From Guillardia theta CCMP2712 (Eukaryota; Protista; Cryptophyta), in NCBI RefSeq assembly GCF_000315625.1, contig NW_005434569.1:1-64000 (forward strand): a stretch of 64,000 bases of DNA, given 5' to 3'. The position numbers were made by a program, and so were the translations under genes. Shown piece after piece: positions 28,561 to 45,424 of this stretch. Numbering within the stretch: the stretch's first letter is position 1; every line of letters begins with the position of its first letter. A model generated the notes under the pieces. The model searched no databases. It had not been told where the DNA came from and worked only from the letters and a program-made list of their open reading frames with translations.

Positions 28561-30085
28561 ATGCTGCTCGCTTCTCGTTTTCTCTCAATCCTCCTGCTTC
28601 TTCACTGCACAGCAAGCCTGCCTTTAGATCCTCGGAAGCATCCAGCAGGTAAAGATGCAAGTTGCAAGCAGCATTGTAAAACCATTCGCTGAATCTCGTT
28701 CCTCTAGAGTGTGGACGATCGAGCCCCTCATGGGTCTGCGACCCCGACGAGGTTCTAGGAGAGCAAGCTGCGGACCGAATCGACATGGTCGCTCGGTGAA
28801 GTTCTACACACTTGCTTGCATTCCGAGCAATCGCATGCTCATCCTTTGCCGCAGGTCGATCAATGCTGGAGGCACCAAGATCGCCGTCTCTGTGATGAAG
28901 AAGCTGAAAGAAGACTACGGAAAAGACAACAAGAGCGACGACAAGAAAGTTTGGTCCTGCTCGTCAGCAGGGAGCCGAGCCGCCAAAGCCATCATAACGC
29001 TGTGGAGCGCCGATGCTCTTGTCCTCTTGTGAGACTCGATTTCTCTATGTGCATGTTCAAGGGGAAGCAAGAATCAATTGGTTCTAGGTCTCAAGACGAC
29101 AAGAACTTCTGTGTGGTCACAAGGGGCACCAGGATACCTCTCAGTCAAGATGACACAGACAGTATCCTGATGGATGTGCAAGACCCTCTCATCAATGGAA
29201 TCCCCGAATACGCTGTCATGTTCGCGATCCTCAGAATGAAGGTTGCAGAGTTGCGAAATGTTGTTGGCTGGCTCATTCTCCGTGCAGGACAATGCAATGG
29301 TTGCAGGAAATGTGATCGCTCCAACTAGGAAGGAATTGTTTCAGGCAGGGAGACGCGTCACCAACCCTTCTAGCCTGACGTTGTTGCTCAGCTCTTTGCG
29401 TCAGGAATGATTCCATTCATTGGCTTCGGGATGACAGACAACGGGCTCATGATCATCTGCGGTGAGGTTCCACGTGTGCGAGGGGCACCAGTAAGAACAT
29501 CGCAGGTGAAATCATCGAGGAGTTCCTTGGGAAGAGGCTGGGCCTCAGTGCCATGGGCGCTGCGGCATGGGGAAATCTCCTTTCGGACATGGCAGGTAAG
29601 GACAAACATGCGAACACGCTTGATCTTGCACTGTTTACATGCATGGTTTGACACAACTTCTCACTTCAACTCTGTTTATTTCTCTACAATCTCATAAGCT
29701 TGCCAAAATGCTGTATAACTCAAAGGCTTGCAGGAGTATTCTTGGGAGGAACTGTGAATCAGATCGCCCAAAGAATTGGAGCAACAGAGCCGGTGGCGTT
29801 TTCAACCTACAAGCTACGACATTCTGACACATTGAAATGCCAGGTCTTAACTCATGCACAGAAATCACTGCCTATTGCGGTTCAAAGCAAACTTCTTGGT
29901 GAGAATGCGCTGCCGCCTATACTGAGTGGAATTTGACGGAAGCAACAGGGGAAGCACTCGGTGTCGGCTTCGGTTGTTGGTTGGGGATGGCTCCTTTGAT
30001 GTTTTCCAAGTCTGAGGAGGGAGAGACTTCGAACAGGGAATGTGGAATACGCAGGGAGCTTAGTGAAACTGGATTCAGTGCTTAA
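28561..30085 (+). CDS. TMEM65-like membrane protein with N-terminal extension, multi-exon
   Basis: Spliced PTRKELFQ-LFASGMIPFIGFGMTDNGLMIICG-EIIEEFLGKRLGLSAMGAAAWGNLLSDMA-GVFLGGTVNQIAQRIG...GEALGVGFGCWLGMAPLMF matches the TMEM65 consensus (PFvGFGflDN...stMaAAAlGNlvSD...G.aiGv.iGC.lGM.PL). Includes a GC-AG intron at 29345-29391. Confidence 0.85.
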
Positions 30086-30907
30086 ATGAAAGTGCAGATG
30101 AACTACAATAAGTGACCGTACACAACAACGTCCGTACACAACAACAACACCTCCAAGACCTGAGAGGGTTCCTTTGAATGAACATCGTAGCGCGGTTTAG
30201 TTTGCATGCAAACAGAATCATGATGATCCGAAATCCTTAACGAGGTTATATTATAGTCAATCATTCACTTTTCCATCGCGGTCCTGTTTCTCTGCTGTAA
30301 ACTGTCCTACCATCTGTTCATTCTTTACTAGCACGCAAGCTACGAAACTGTGAACTCTACATCTTGATCTTGACCGATCTGTAACATCTCGAAATGGCAT
30401 ACTACTGTCTTAGACTACCTAGAGCTATTCGGATATCCTTCGCCGTTTCGCCTTCCATTATCCTTCCTCCATTCTCGTTTCTTTCCTCTCATTTCTCCTC
30501 TCTCGCTCTTCCCTACAAGTCAGCCGGCATTTCGCAAACTTCCCGCTTCTGCCCTTCCTACCACCCCCACCCCCCCATTACACATCAATGCCCCAGGTCA
30601 CCGTCACTACCACGTTCCATGACCCACCCCCTCTTGCCGTGTAAACAAAAGCTGACTACCACCCCCTGAGAAAACTACCACTATACTACCCACCTGTACC
30701 AATGCTTTATGATTTGTTGACCCCACCCACAGGTATTGATGATTTGACCGCACCCCTATATCCATCCACATTGTACCCCTTATAACTCCACCCTCACCCC
30801 CTCATTTCACTGAGGAACCCCTACTACGTCCCACTACCCCCGGTTCACAACATGACTCCACCCACCCCCTACATGTTTGATTGCTCACCCCCTGCAGCTT
30901 TGGCGCC

Positions 30908-33420
30908 ATGCAGGCCGGCGAGCGGCACCCAACACCTCCTCCCTCGCAGTCGCCGCTTTCCTCCCTGAGCAACTACACTGACACTCCTCCTCAGCTGTCA
31001 GAGGCGCAGGATGGCTCCTCCAACCACGACGCTCATGATAGATCTTGCCTGCAGCCAGCTCCGTGCCCCCCGATGGACTGTGTCTCAGGGGCCCCTAGTA
31101 ATCGGGCGCTGTGCAACGAGGAGGAAGCAACAGAGGTTGTACACATGAGCGATGATGATGATCGAAAGCAAGATGCTATATCCAGAACGTCTATTGCGAA
31201 AGAGGCAGAGCAGAGTGAGAGTCAGTGCAAACAAAAGGAGCCGGCGCACCATAGTGAAAATTCCGACGAGTCTGAAGAGGAGCCAGCGACAAAGCGCTCC
31301 CGCTCTTCCTCTCCTGTCATCACAGAAGGTCGTCCAAAGAGAAACCGTATCCCGACGCAACGGCTGAGGTCGTCCGAGCTTGTAAAGTCTGCTCCAAGGA
31401 ATGTTAAACCCAAGAGCAAACCGACTCCTCCTCTCAAGTCCTCCTGCAAGGTCCAGCGCCCCCAGGTTCAGGTCGTCCAGCACCCTATTGCAGTACAAGC
31501 AGTTGCCACTCATGTTGCATGTCAACCCATGATCCACCACTTCTTTGCTCGTCCTTCACAGCTCCCGTTCCCCCAGGCCCAGGTGTTTCCAGCTCCTAGC
31601 TTTCAGCAAGTGCCTTCGAAGATTTCCAGCGACATGCCCGGGAGCAATCAGCCTACTATTACTGAGGCATTTGTTGCTAGGCCGATCTATCTTAATACTG
31701 CAGTTTCACAGAATTCGTCATGTTTTAATTCGTCAAACACTTCTGTTCCAGTTGACCCCCAGCAACGGTCAGCAAGCGCAAGTCAAGATCTAAGAACTAT
31801 TTTTCCACAAATCCCATCCACAGCCTTCAACTCACTCATGTTCAGAAAGAATGTTTCAAACAGTCTTGTTGGTGCAAATGCCGACAAGCCGATGCCGACA
31901 TGCTTAGCAAGCACGGATCTGCCGACCCAGCACCTGAGCTCAGCTGCCGTCTCTGCACCAGCACATCAGATTCCTCTAACCTATGACGTCTTCCCCGCAG
32001 CTTCGAATGGTCGAGATGTTGCGCTCCATCCTGGTACACTCCCAAAATCGTCGAACGAACCCAACAGATTGTCAAAGAGTAACCTGCCAAGCAACAACCC
32101 AGCACCACACAAGCGTGACTGGGGGCTGAAGATGGTATGAATCGATTGCCTGGTTTCTGCTGCTGCTCCTGCTCCTGCTTACTTTGAGTCAGGTCAACGC
32201 AGTTGGAAAAATCAAACCTCCTTTCGCACGCACATACTTGTTCTGTGGGAAAATCCCGCTGAAGCTGACAACAGACGATACTAAATCCTCTTTGTATGTC
32301 TTGCATGTGATGTTTCTGATTAGCCGTGATCATTTTGTGCAGCAACTGGATCATCAAGAGATGGACAGACAAATCAAACAGAAGAAAAATAGATGTGGAA
32401 GTTCATGAATGCATCAAAGCGAATCCGCATCCACATGTAGTCAGGGTGATTGATATCAGTGAGACGGAAGGAATTCTGATGGAGTGAGTTTCTTTGCGTG
32501 GACTCACCTCATTGAATTTTATTTGTTTGTGACTGGCGTTCATTCGATCAGGTACTGGAGCGAAGGTGATCTTCATAAAAAGGTACATCAATGTTCTTCT
32601 TTTTGCTGTAGTTTCCCTTCTTGTGACTTTATCCAGATGACGATGGCACGGAGGACTTTTATGCCCATCAAGCAGATAACAACTTTCATTTGCCACACTA
32701 TGGATGGTTTGAGACATCTGCACGGCTTGAAGATTGTGCATTGCGACATCTCCCCACAAAACATTTTCTTGCGATCTGAACGAGATTATGATCGTGAAGA
32801 AGTATTTTTTTATCATGGTGTTTGAATTCTTGACGGAGCAATTTCAGGAGATAGGATGCAAGGCCTTAAATTTCATTTATGCCATTGGCGACTTTGGTCA
32901 TTCGTATGTAGAACATCAGCATGAAGAAAGCAGATCCATTGTAGCGGAAGGGATGCGTTTTGTGGCCCCAGGTTTGTGTTACTGGTAATCCTGATATTCC
33001 CCCTAATGTTAAACATTTCCCCAGAGGTAGTTCTGGGTGACTTCAACACTATGGCGTCAGACATTTTCAGTACAGGGAAAATCTTAGAGGAGTTGCTGTG
33101 AGTTCGATTGAAAGGTTGACGGGAAGCGCCTGACAGTAAATGCTCGCAGGACACTTGCAGCAACCTTCAAGGATGACATGCAAGACGAGCCAGAGGAAGT
33201 CTTCAATGAGTTGAAGACTTTGGCAGCGTCAATGTGCTTCGAACAACCGGCAGAGGTTTGCTTTCCACTTCTGTGATGACTCCTGTTGTTGAGCCTTGGA
33301 TTTGCTCAGCGCCCTTCATCTCAGGAGATCTGCGAGAAGCTGGATCGGATCGGCGAGCATCCTAGTTTGAGAGCTGCTGACTACTCCTCTTCATCATCAT
33401 CGCCATCCGTGGCAGACTGA
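30908..33420 (+). CDS. Ser/Thr protein kinase with ~410-aa disordered N-terminus
   Basis: WIIKRW (beta3 Lys), HPHVVRVID, GILME-YWSEGDL, DGLRHLHGLKIVHCDISPQNIFL, IGDFGHS, FVAP-EVVLG, SDIFSTG. Confidence 0.88.
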
Positions 33421-33969
33421 GCTTGACCAAGTTCAGACATCCGCGTGGTTCATGGGTCTCAATCACGGCATCCCCTGCAGACGGTGCTATGACTTTGACT
33501 GAGCACGATCGAATGAGGGTCACCGTCGAGATTGAATCGGGCTTGCCTTAAACTTGTCATTACGGCGGCGTACCACTGTCATCGTGCCGCAGTGCGTCGC
33601 CGACGGTCGAACGCGAATCAACGAGTTTCGGCCGCCCGGCCCGGCCGCCGTCCAGCGACAGGCTCAATCTTCTTGCTGTGGCAAAGTGAAGGAAAGGGAC
33701 CGCGACTATGGCGCACGGCACGGTAACTCTACCATGTCCTAGTGCTGTCGTGCGAGGCAGCGGGACTTACCGTGTACAGTACGATACGATACAGACCAAG
33801 TCGGCGAACTTTGAAGTTCTGTCCGTCTGTGGCAGCGACTTGAACATCAGCAACTTGAAGCTCAATGGCTCGGTAGGCTGCCCGGCGCTGTGCTCAGTTA
33901 GTTCATATGTACTCAAATCCAGTAGTCAATAAAATCAAGCATCAGGTGCGGTGGCGGCACGTTGTTGAA

Positions 33970-35070
33970 TCATATATGATGATCATACATCTTGCCAACA
34001 AGATTGAAAAGAAACAATCGAGCGACACAAGGTGTCTGGTCGAAACTGACGAATACGCCAAGGAGGAGTGTACCAAGAGAAGTTTAGCATGCATGAAACG
34101 GTCAAAGTCACGTTTCGGAGAGTGCAAGGAATGCTTGAAACTACCAACTACATAAGGGAGAGTGCAACCGTCAAGACCCAGCAGTCTGAAGCAAGTTGGT
34201 GCAGAGATCTCATTCATCGATATCATTTGCTCGAAATCCCTAGGAACATCTCCATCATGTAAGAAAATAAAAAAAACGCTCTTTCCTTGTTCATCAGGCA
34301 ATTGGAAGCTTGACAAGGACTACAAGGACGACACAGGGCCGAACCTGTCTGCCCACCAACCAACGAATGACCTGGACGATGAGTCATCGTCGACGTTTTC
34401 TGACCCCTCGGTGTCTCTGGTAGATTCGTCTAACTTTTGCTCTTCCGCATCTGCTGAGACTATAAGCTCTGTAAAATCATTTCCCCTCAGCTGCAGTGGA
34501 AGATAGGAACACAAACTTTTCAGCGCTCACGGGATCGTATCAGGGAGCGGTCAGGCTGTTTTTACCGGATCAAAGAAGGGTAACGCAAGGCCCTCTGGTA
34601 GCGCGATCTCTTTCGATACTGCCCGCTGGAAGCTTTCCTGGCCTTGCAGGAGCTGATCCCTTCATGTCTCTCATGCAGAACCGCCCTACATCGGCGGCGA
34701 CATCAGCTCAGCTTCGCAGACATCTGGTCTGTGAGTTCAACTCTGATGGTCTTACCCACAAGCGCTTCTTCTCATCGCGCAAGTTCCGCATAGCTCGAGC
34801 AGGTGTGACAGAAGCTGGGGGAGCCTCCGAGGCCCCCCGGCGATCCAGGCACCCAGTCGGCGAAAGTTCTGGACTCAGCCAGTCACGGTCAGGAAGCAAC
34901 GGAGACTGAGGGGCATAGTAGAGCTCACTGAACTCGGAAGTCGTCTTGACTCTACCAGTGGCCTTGACACCGTCCGATCACCGTCGAACAACTTGTCAAG
35001 TTGAAGACGACTCGGCGGTGGTCTAGATGATCGGGACTCCGGGACTCCTTTACTCAAAGATAAGTGAAGT
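33970..35070 (+). CDS. Possible multi-exon hypothetical protein
   Basis: Coding-like segments with short introns (NWKLDKDYKDDTGPNLSAHQPTNDLDDESSSTF). No recognised domain. Confidence 0.3.
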
Positions 35071-35558
35071 TAAAAACTTGATGTACGACCTGAAGGGGTC
35101 ACTCGGGTAGCCCGGGCGGCCCGTTAGTACCGTGACGGTACCGGGTATCACCGAGCCGGGCTAGTAACTTGCTAGTAAAGGTGGTATCATGAACCGACGG
35201 TTTTCCGGGTCCGAGATACCCGGAGATCGAACGAGATTTGATTTGACCGGTCAGGTCAAAATCCAAGAGGTCGGTCGAGGGAACAGGCATTGGGTTGAAG
35301 CGGTGTACGGAGGTCGGGTGGACGTAGCAAGAAGCAACTTGGCAGAAGAAGCAGCGGGGAGACGAGAAGGGCAGTAGAAGAAGCACAACAGCAAGGACGG
35401 GAGGGTGAAAACAAGACTCAGCTTCGCTACCTGCCCCTCCTGCTCCTGCTCCCTCTGCTCCCTCTGCTCCCCCTCCCCTTCCCCACGGTATGGTCGTGGC
35501 TCTCTAATTCTCGTCGACACGAAGCCGTTGCAGCATCGCAATCTCGCATCTACAGCAT

Positions 35559-36420
35559 ATGACTGAAATGGGGTATGCCATGCTACACGAGCCGACCGCT
35601 GAAAATGGGGATGATGTGGTTCAAATGACGGATTCTGAATTTCTTCTCCATGAGAACAGAACGCAAGACGAGGAAGAGAAGCGAACGATTATGATGCAAA
35701 GGCAGAGGAAGCTCAGCAGCCTGCAGTACTGCATCGAGCTCTTGAGCCGGCCAGCAAGGCCTCGGATAACAAGTGCAACAGGGTCAGAGCTGCAACTTTG
35801 AAGTTGGTTCAAATCAAGGACGAAAGGTTGCTTCGACTAGACAGGAGTTGTTTGCAACGTTGTAATCTAGTTCAGCATCTCTATGGTGTTGTTCTTGTGT
35901 TTCTATTCTGATGAGGCGTGAAATTTTTTAGTTCTTCAATGTGCTCTATCTCGAATGTCACATTAAAACATTCGACACTGGTGTTGTATCCAGGAGGATT
36001 CACTCATACCTCCACGGATATTCCCATGTTAACAGGACGCAGCATCAGCGCGGCAGCTCTTCCTGCCTCCCCCTTGTGTGCGCACCAAGCTTGATGTTTG
36101 CATGGATTACCTCAAGTAAACTGAAAGACTTGTGTCTTCTGATCTTATACCTTTCACACACTTCTTGCTCTACTCGCAGCGTCGTTGATCTCGCTGTTGT
36201 GTGTACAAGAAATTGCCTCTGAGAGTCAAGTTCATCGTCCATTGACGGGCAGAGCTGATATTAGAAGCAGCTCCCTGATAGTGCAATGGTGCACAAAAGT
36301 TTTGGACTCAACTAAGAATTCATGCGCAGCTCAGACATCTATGCCAGATCCGTTCTTCAGCCCATCAGTGTTCCTGTTCAAGTGATCTCCTTCTATCTTA
36401 CATCATCGACACGATTTTAG
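35559..36420 (+). CDS. Possible small multi-exon hypothetical protein
   Basis: ATG-initiated acidic exon MTEMGYAMLHEPTAENGDDVVQMTDSEFLLHENRTQDEEEKR followed by short exons. Confidence 0.3.
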
Positions 36421-37170
36421 ACATCGTTTTCGAAAGCAAACTTGTATTCGTTCCTTATCTTTCCTTCCTTCGATGATGTGCAATAAGAACGGACTCGCTC
36501 TGCCTCTTCCCTTCTTCTTGTTTGTCGCGTCATGTCTGCCCTGCCCTGCCCTGCCCTCAGGCTGCTCTGCCCTGCTCACTTTCACACATCTGCTTCTCTG
36601 CCCTGCCCTGCCCTGCCCTGCCCTGCTCAGGACTCGATTGAGTGTCGGACTCCTCGATTACGACAAAGGGGATGTGATTCGACCCACCCCTACCTTGAAC
36701 TTTGATACCCGTCCTTTTGATAGTGAATTGAAGGGATAAGTACCCTTTCTTCTGTACCACTACCCCGTTGTAATTGCTTGTAACCCCGCTACAATCCTTG
36801 CACCTTGCACCCATCACGGCCTAGCAGCGCTCGAGCAACGAAGTGGAGGAGGAGGAGGAGGAGGAGGAGAGGAGGAGGAGGAGAGGAGGATGTTAGATAG
36901 GGTATGTGAGAAGAAACTTGAGAGGAGCACGAGGACAATGAGGAGGGCGAGGAAGAGAGGAAGGGGAGGGGGTACAAAGACTGGAAGAATGTCATTCCAC
37001 CGAGGGGAGGAGTTGGTGAGAATGCTCTCCGTTTGGCTGTGGGAAGGGATTGCGCGGGGAAGGGAGGATTTGTCGCGAGTGCAATGACGGGAGCATAGAC
37101 TCACGAGATCAACAAGTCGGTCAAGATTGCGCGAGGCGAAGTGTAGAGGAGGGGAGGGGCTGACGGCGGC

Positions 37171-40290
<3,120 letters not shown>

Positions 40291-40727
40291 CCTTGACATG
40301 GCAGGATGACGGTGAAGCCATTCTGGCTCAAGATTCTCTCTCTTTCTCCAGCGGGACAACTGTGTGAACACCTCCCACCCTCTCCTCCCCTCCCCCCCCT
40401 CTTGTCCAACTTCTCCTCCTCCCTCTTTCTTCTTCCTACCCTATCCTCCCACTCCTCTGAATATTATCCGCACGTATGTCTGGGAAACACGCCTTCTCTT
40501 GAATCCTCCTCCTCCTCTGCTGTCGTGTGTTATGTTGTACATAATTTCTTTGGATGCACTTCATTGAACAATTGTGTCATATCTTCTACATCCGTAGCTC
40601 ACACCTGCTACTTACCACCTCTCACTCCTCTCATTCTTCCAACATCTTCTCCTCGCACCCGCACTAGAACTGGCAGCGCCGTGCTCAACAGGAACACTTG
40701 ACAAACATCATCTTCTCTCGCACAACT

Positions 40728-43206
40728 TCAAGTGAGATCGGATTCTTTGAGCTGATTCTTGACTTTGAGGAGCAGAGATGTCTTCCACTTGTCGAGTTTC
40801 GATATCTGCATCGCCAACATCATCATTTCCGTCAACACCATCATGAGCTCCGCAACATCATGAGCAGAAGTAACAGCAACTACGCAATCAACATCTCCCT
40901 CCTCTTCCTCCTCACCATCATCATCTCCATCATCATCATCATCATCACCATCACTCCATCATCATGCATTCTTCTCTTGATAATTGTCAGACCTGATCGA
41001 ATTCAAAGACAGCATTCGTGAATTTCTCGACATCCTGCGTAAAGGCATGAGATACAAGAGAGGGACGAGGAGAAATGAGGCAGAGGGGAAGAAGAGGCGT
41101 TGAAGTAAAAGCAGCACAAGAAGACAAATGGAGCTAGAAACAGGAAAAATGAAGGAGAGGAGAGAGGAGGAAGGATATGTTAAAATAAGTTAACAACCTG
41201 TTCCTCGTATGCCTCCCCAAGATCTTGTAATCTGCAAGGAGGAAGTATAAGGCAAAAAAGCAAGGCCATGAAAACAAGGAGGATGCTAGGGAAGGAGGCG
41301 GTGGCGGTCGTGGTGGACGACGAGGGGAGGGAGGAGGGAGGAGGGAGGAGGGAGGAGGGAGGAGAGAGGAGGGAGGAGGGAGGAGAGAGGAGGGAGGAGG
41401 GAGGAGATATGAACTCACAATTTGCACTCTCTCGTGTCAGAGAAGCTGACATCGAGGTCTTGATACCTGGCGTGTCAAGTGTCATTTACAGATCCGACAA
41501 AGGACAAAAGAAGTCCCAAAACCCTTCCTTGATTCCCCCTCTTCACTCCTCTCAAACTTTGAATCCCCACCTCTCCCTCTCCTTCTCCTCCCATCTCCCT
41601 CTCCTCTTCAACTCCTCTCCTCTTCAACTCCTCTCCTCCCCGATCTCCAGCAACTCACCGATCTACCGCTCGCTTGAACGCGATTACGTCGCCGGTGGCA
41701 AGGTGGCAGAGACCGGCTTGAAAGAAATAATCTTTGACGCTCCACTGCGAGCCAACCGATCAGAACCTGCCCATGGAGAGAGGGTGATCGACCTTGAGGA
41801 GGGCGACATCCAAGGAGGAGGAGGCAACGGATTCGAACACCTCGATCGCCCTCGTGTACTGCTCTTGCTCTGTCAACAGCACCAGCGTCAGCCATTCACG
41901 GTTCCTCGGTCCCTCTGCTATAGTCTGCAGTATCTTCGAAGGGATTTCACCTGCCGATAGGACAGCAACGCGCAAGAAGCATTGGTTCGACGAGCTCGTC
42001 TGGTCTTCTCCTTTGTAATAATCTCCAGCAAGCTGTTCAAGCTCTTCAGAAAAGCAAAACGAAGACGCAAGTGAATGGAGGAATGGAGAGGCGAAGTAAA
42101 ACAGGGAAGAGAGCGGAAGAAGTGAAGAAAAGAAGAATGAAGAGGAAAGGGGAAGGGGAAGAAAGGACAAGGAAGAGGGGAGGAAGAGGAGATACGAAGT
42201 GTCCTGTCACCTGGAAGTGTTCGATTGCTTTCGGATAATTCAAATCTGACTCAAACAATTCTCCTGCAAAGATAAGTGAGAAGAACAAAGATCGCTAGCG
42301 AGATGCTCCCAAGCAGAATTGTTTTCAAACTTTCATATCATATGTCATATCACAGATCATCTCAAACCATCGGATCACGTCACATTTCATATCAAATTTC
42401 GCGTCATGAGAATATTACCAGCTTCTTTGTGAAACTTGGCAGCCTGCGAGAATCGCCCGTTGTTGATGTGAAGATCGATAGCTTGATTCCTAAGATGTCT
42501 GTCATCCTCTCCGGATGCATAGAGATAGCGAATACAAGCATTCGACCGCAACCGTAGACGAGCCAGCGTCCTTCTTGTATGCTTGAAAAGCTGCCTGAAA
42601 GCTGCATCGACAGTAAGCAACCATTAACCTTCAAAGGAACACAGTGGATGAGACAAATTATCGAAAGAGTATTCTCAGGTGAGATGAGATGAGATGAGAT
42701 GCGATCCCATGGAGTGATATCCGATGAGGTCAGGTCAGGTCAGGTCAGAGGAAGGGAGATCAGATGAGAGGACAGGAGACAACAACGAAGACCAGCCTTC
42801 CTCCTTCATGCAGCAACAAGCACGGTCCCCGCCTTGGGTGTTACCTGGAAGCAGCTCCGAACTTGTCATTCAAAGCTAGCTGCAGCTCCGCACTCTTCCT
42901 GTGAGCGTCTCCGCACGAGCTCCATCGTTTTGCCTGGACGTGACATGAGCGAAGGCCCTCCAATCCCTCATCTAGTCCTCACCTGCTTGTACTTGTTTGC
43001 TGCCTCTTGGTACAACTCGATCGCATCTTCTTTCTTGCTCCCAAACAGACTGCCGAACATGCCACCTGCCAGCGGGCAAGTCATCTCATCGTCATCTCAT
43101 CGTCATCTCATCGTCATCGTAGCAAGTTACTTCAACAGTCTTCATCCTCACCCTTGAGTTTCTTCTCGGCCTTTGCGACCAGCTCGTCGGCCTGCTGCTC
43201 CGCCAT
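40728..43206 (-). CDS. SEC17: Alpha-soluble NSF attachment protein (alpha-SNAP / Sec17), multi-exon
   Basis: MAEQQADELVAKAEKKLKG-GMFGSLFGSKKEDAIELYQEAANKYK; AIDLHINNGRFSQAAKFHKEAGELFESD; AGDYYKGEDQTSSSNQCFLRVA; VKDYFFQAGLCHLA; FSDTRECK; ISKLDKWKTSLLLKVKNQLKESDLT*. Confidence 0.95.
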
Positions 43207-44490
43207 TTTGCCTGAGAGACCTGCAAAGAGCGCGAAGCGATATCAGCCATACAAAGTGAGAGAGCATGCTACAGGATAGAATCTTTAGATTCTCTCGCTA
43301 TGAACATCAAACAATCAGCATGTCTCTGCCCTTTCGTATGGATCCTGGCCCCTTTCCGCATTGTAGCGATTGTCCACACAAAGATCCTTATGACATCTGA
43401 ATCTCACCCAATTATTTTTGTTTGTTACGACTAATGCATCCTGTTTTTCATATTTTTGCTAGAAATCACATCGTCTACACTTTCCCTCCATGCTGTTCTC
43501 TCGACCTCAAATTCCTGTCTGCCGTTTCCCTCCTTCGTCACTGTCGGCTTGTTGTCCAAGAACCTTTGTAGCTGCTTGCCTGATCTTTGTTCTGATCTAG
43601 TCTCCGTTTTCCTCTCAAACTCATCAAATCAATGAGTCCCAGTAGCCTCTTGGTTGATGTCCTCCATACCTCATCCTCTTCCCTTCCCACTCCTTTTCAG
43701 CTTGACACGACTTAGTCAGAAATATTCCATTCGTCTCTATGCATTCTCGTCTTTCTTCCAGACCCTTACCACATTTTCTCTCAACCTCTCACTTCATTGC
43801 TCGTTCTCCTCGCCATCTCTTGTCGTTTTCTCTTCTCCTGCTCCGCATTTTCTCTTGTTCTTCCTTGACACTCTTGACCATGAAAACAGCGGTGACCGCA
43901 ACCTTCCTACCCTGCTTCCAAATACCCCTCCCCTTCCTACCCTGACCCCCAACATTTCTTGACTACCCCTCTTTCATTACTATGTCCCCCCATTTGTACT
44001 CATTTTATCCCCACCCTTGTAATCATAGTTTACCATTTATGACTACCCCACCGGTACTAAAACAGAAATACCCCAAGAATTTGCTATCACCTTGTTGCCC
44101 TACCCTCAGCTGCCAATCCCTTGCTAGCGGGAAGACTACCCCTCCTTTTTTATTACCCCACCCTCACAATTACTGGGAAAATGTGAATAAGGAGGGGTAT
44201 TTTCGTATACTACCACACTGGTCGATCGCCCCCACCCTAAACCTCCTCCTCCTAGTCCCCCAATGCCCACCCTGTACATGTACCCCATTCATCTTCGATC
44301 AAATAACCCGTACTCTTGGTACCCCAGTGTACCATCTGATTGAATTTACCACCCGTCCTTTCATGCGCAAGTTTTAGTAAGAAGTAGGGGTCCATTAAAG
44401 GAAGGATGGGTAGGGTGCTCGAGAACAAGAAAGGATGGCTTCAAGAGACGGAGCATTAACGAAAAACGATGTAGCGGAGAAAAATGCGAA

Positions 44491-44539
<49 letters not shown>

Positions 44540-45424
44540 ACAGGCAGACACAGACACCGAGTAAGAGTAAGAGTAAGAGTACGAGTAAGAGTAAGAGTTA
44601 GAAGCACATTGGGGACAGAAGATAAGGCACAGGTACCGAACACGAGGTGTCACGAGGGGATAAACGCGTAGAGGATGATGCAATTTCCTTGCCGGGTTTC
44701 TGGGATGATATTTGGGAGTACTCCGAGTAGAATGGCAGAGATTAACAGTATAGGAGCTGGAGGGCGACAAAGTTGGAAGTTGAGGAGGGCGAAGTGAGGG
44801 TGGCGCAAGCTGGACTCGAGGAACCCAAAAAGGCTCCGAGCCATTATGAAATAAGTTCCCTCAATGCTTTTTCTGGCTGACTCTGCATTGACTTGCCAGG
44901 TGATAGAGAATGGCTGAGGTGCTGCTGGTGCTCGGAGCGGTGCACATTGGAGCGCTGGTGGTAGCAGTAAATGCTCCCGGGGTGAGCGAGAGTGAGGAGG
45001 AGGAGGAGGAGGAGGAGGAGGAGGAGGAGGAGGAGGAGGAGGATCTCATGGAGTCGTGCAGGCGGATTTCAAGTGGGAGTTTCCCAAGGAGGAGCAGCGG
45101 GTTGAAGAGGAGGTGGTGAGGGAGGAACCCACGCAGAATCGGTCGTACTTTGCGCAAACGATGCCGGTCGGGGTGCAGGACGAGCCAAAGAGCGTTCCAC
45201 CGTCGACCTCGATGCCCAAGATCATCGTGTGATATAGGAGGAGGTTGTGGAAGAGAAGTGTACATAGATACCTGGGTGTAGCGCCTATGTCTACATGCAA
45301 GGAGCCTTTGTTTTTCACAGAAATATTACAGTTTCCCTCTCCTCTCCAGCATCTTCCAAGCTCGTCGTCCACTTGCAAGATGACGGATCGCTCACCGCCC
45401 GCTAGGCTGACAAGTTGAGAATTG

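Noticed and set aside
29345-29391. GC-AG intron as a novelty
   Set aside because: GC donors are a well-known minor class of U2 introns.
34318-34332. DYKDD, resembling a FLAG tag
   Set aside because: Only five residues, continues as TGPN, and no vector context. Coincidence.
44861-45265. Possible small gene between alpha-SNAP and the LRR gene
   Set aside because: No consistent strand or frame and no domain could be supported.
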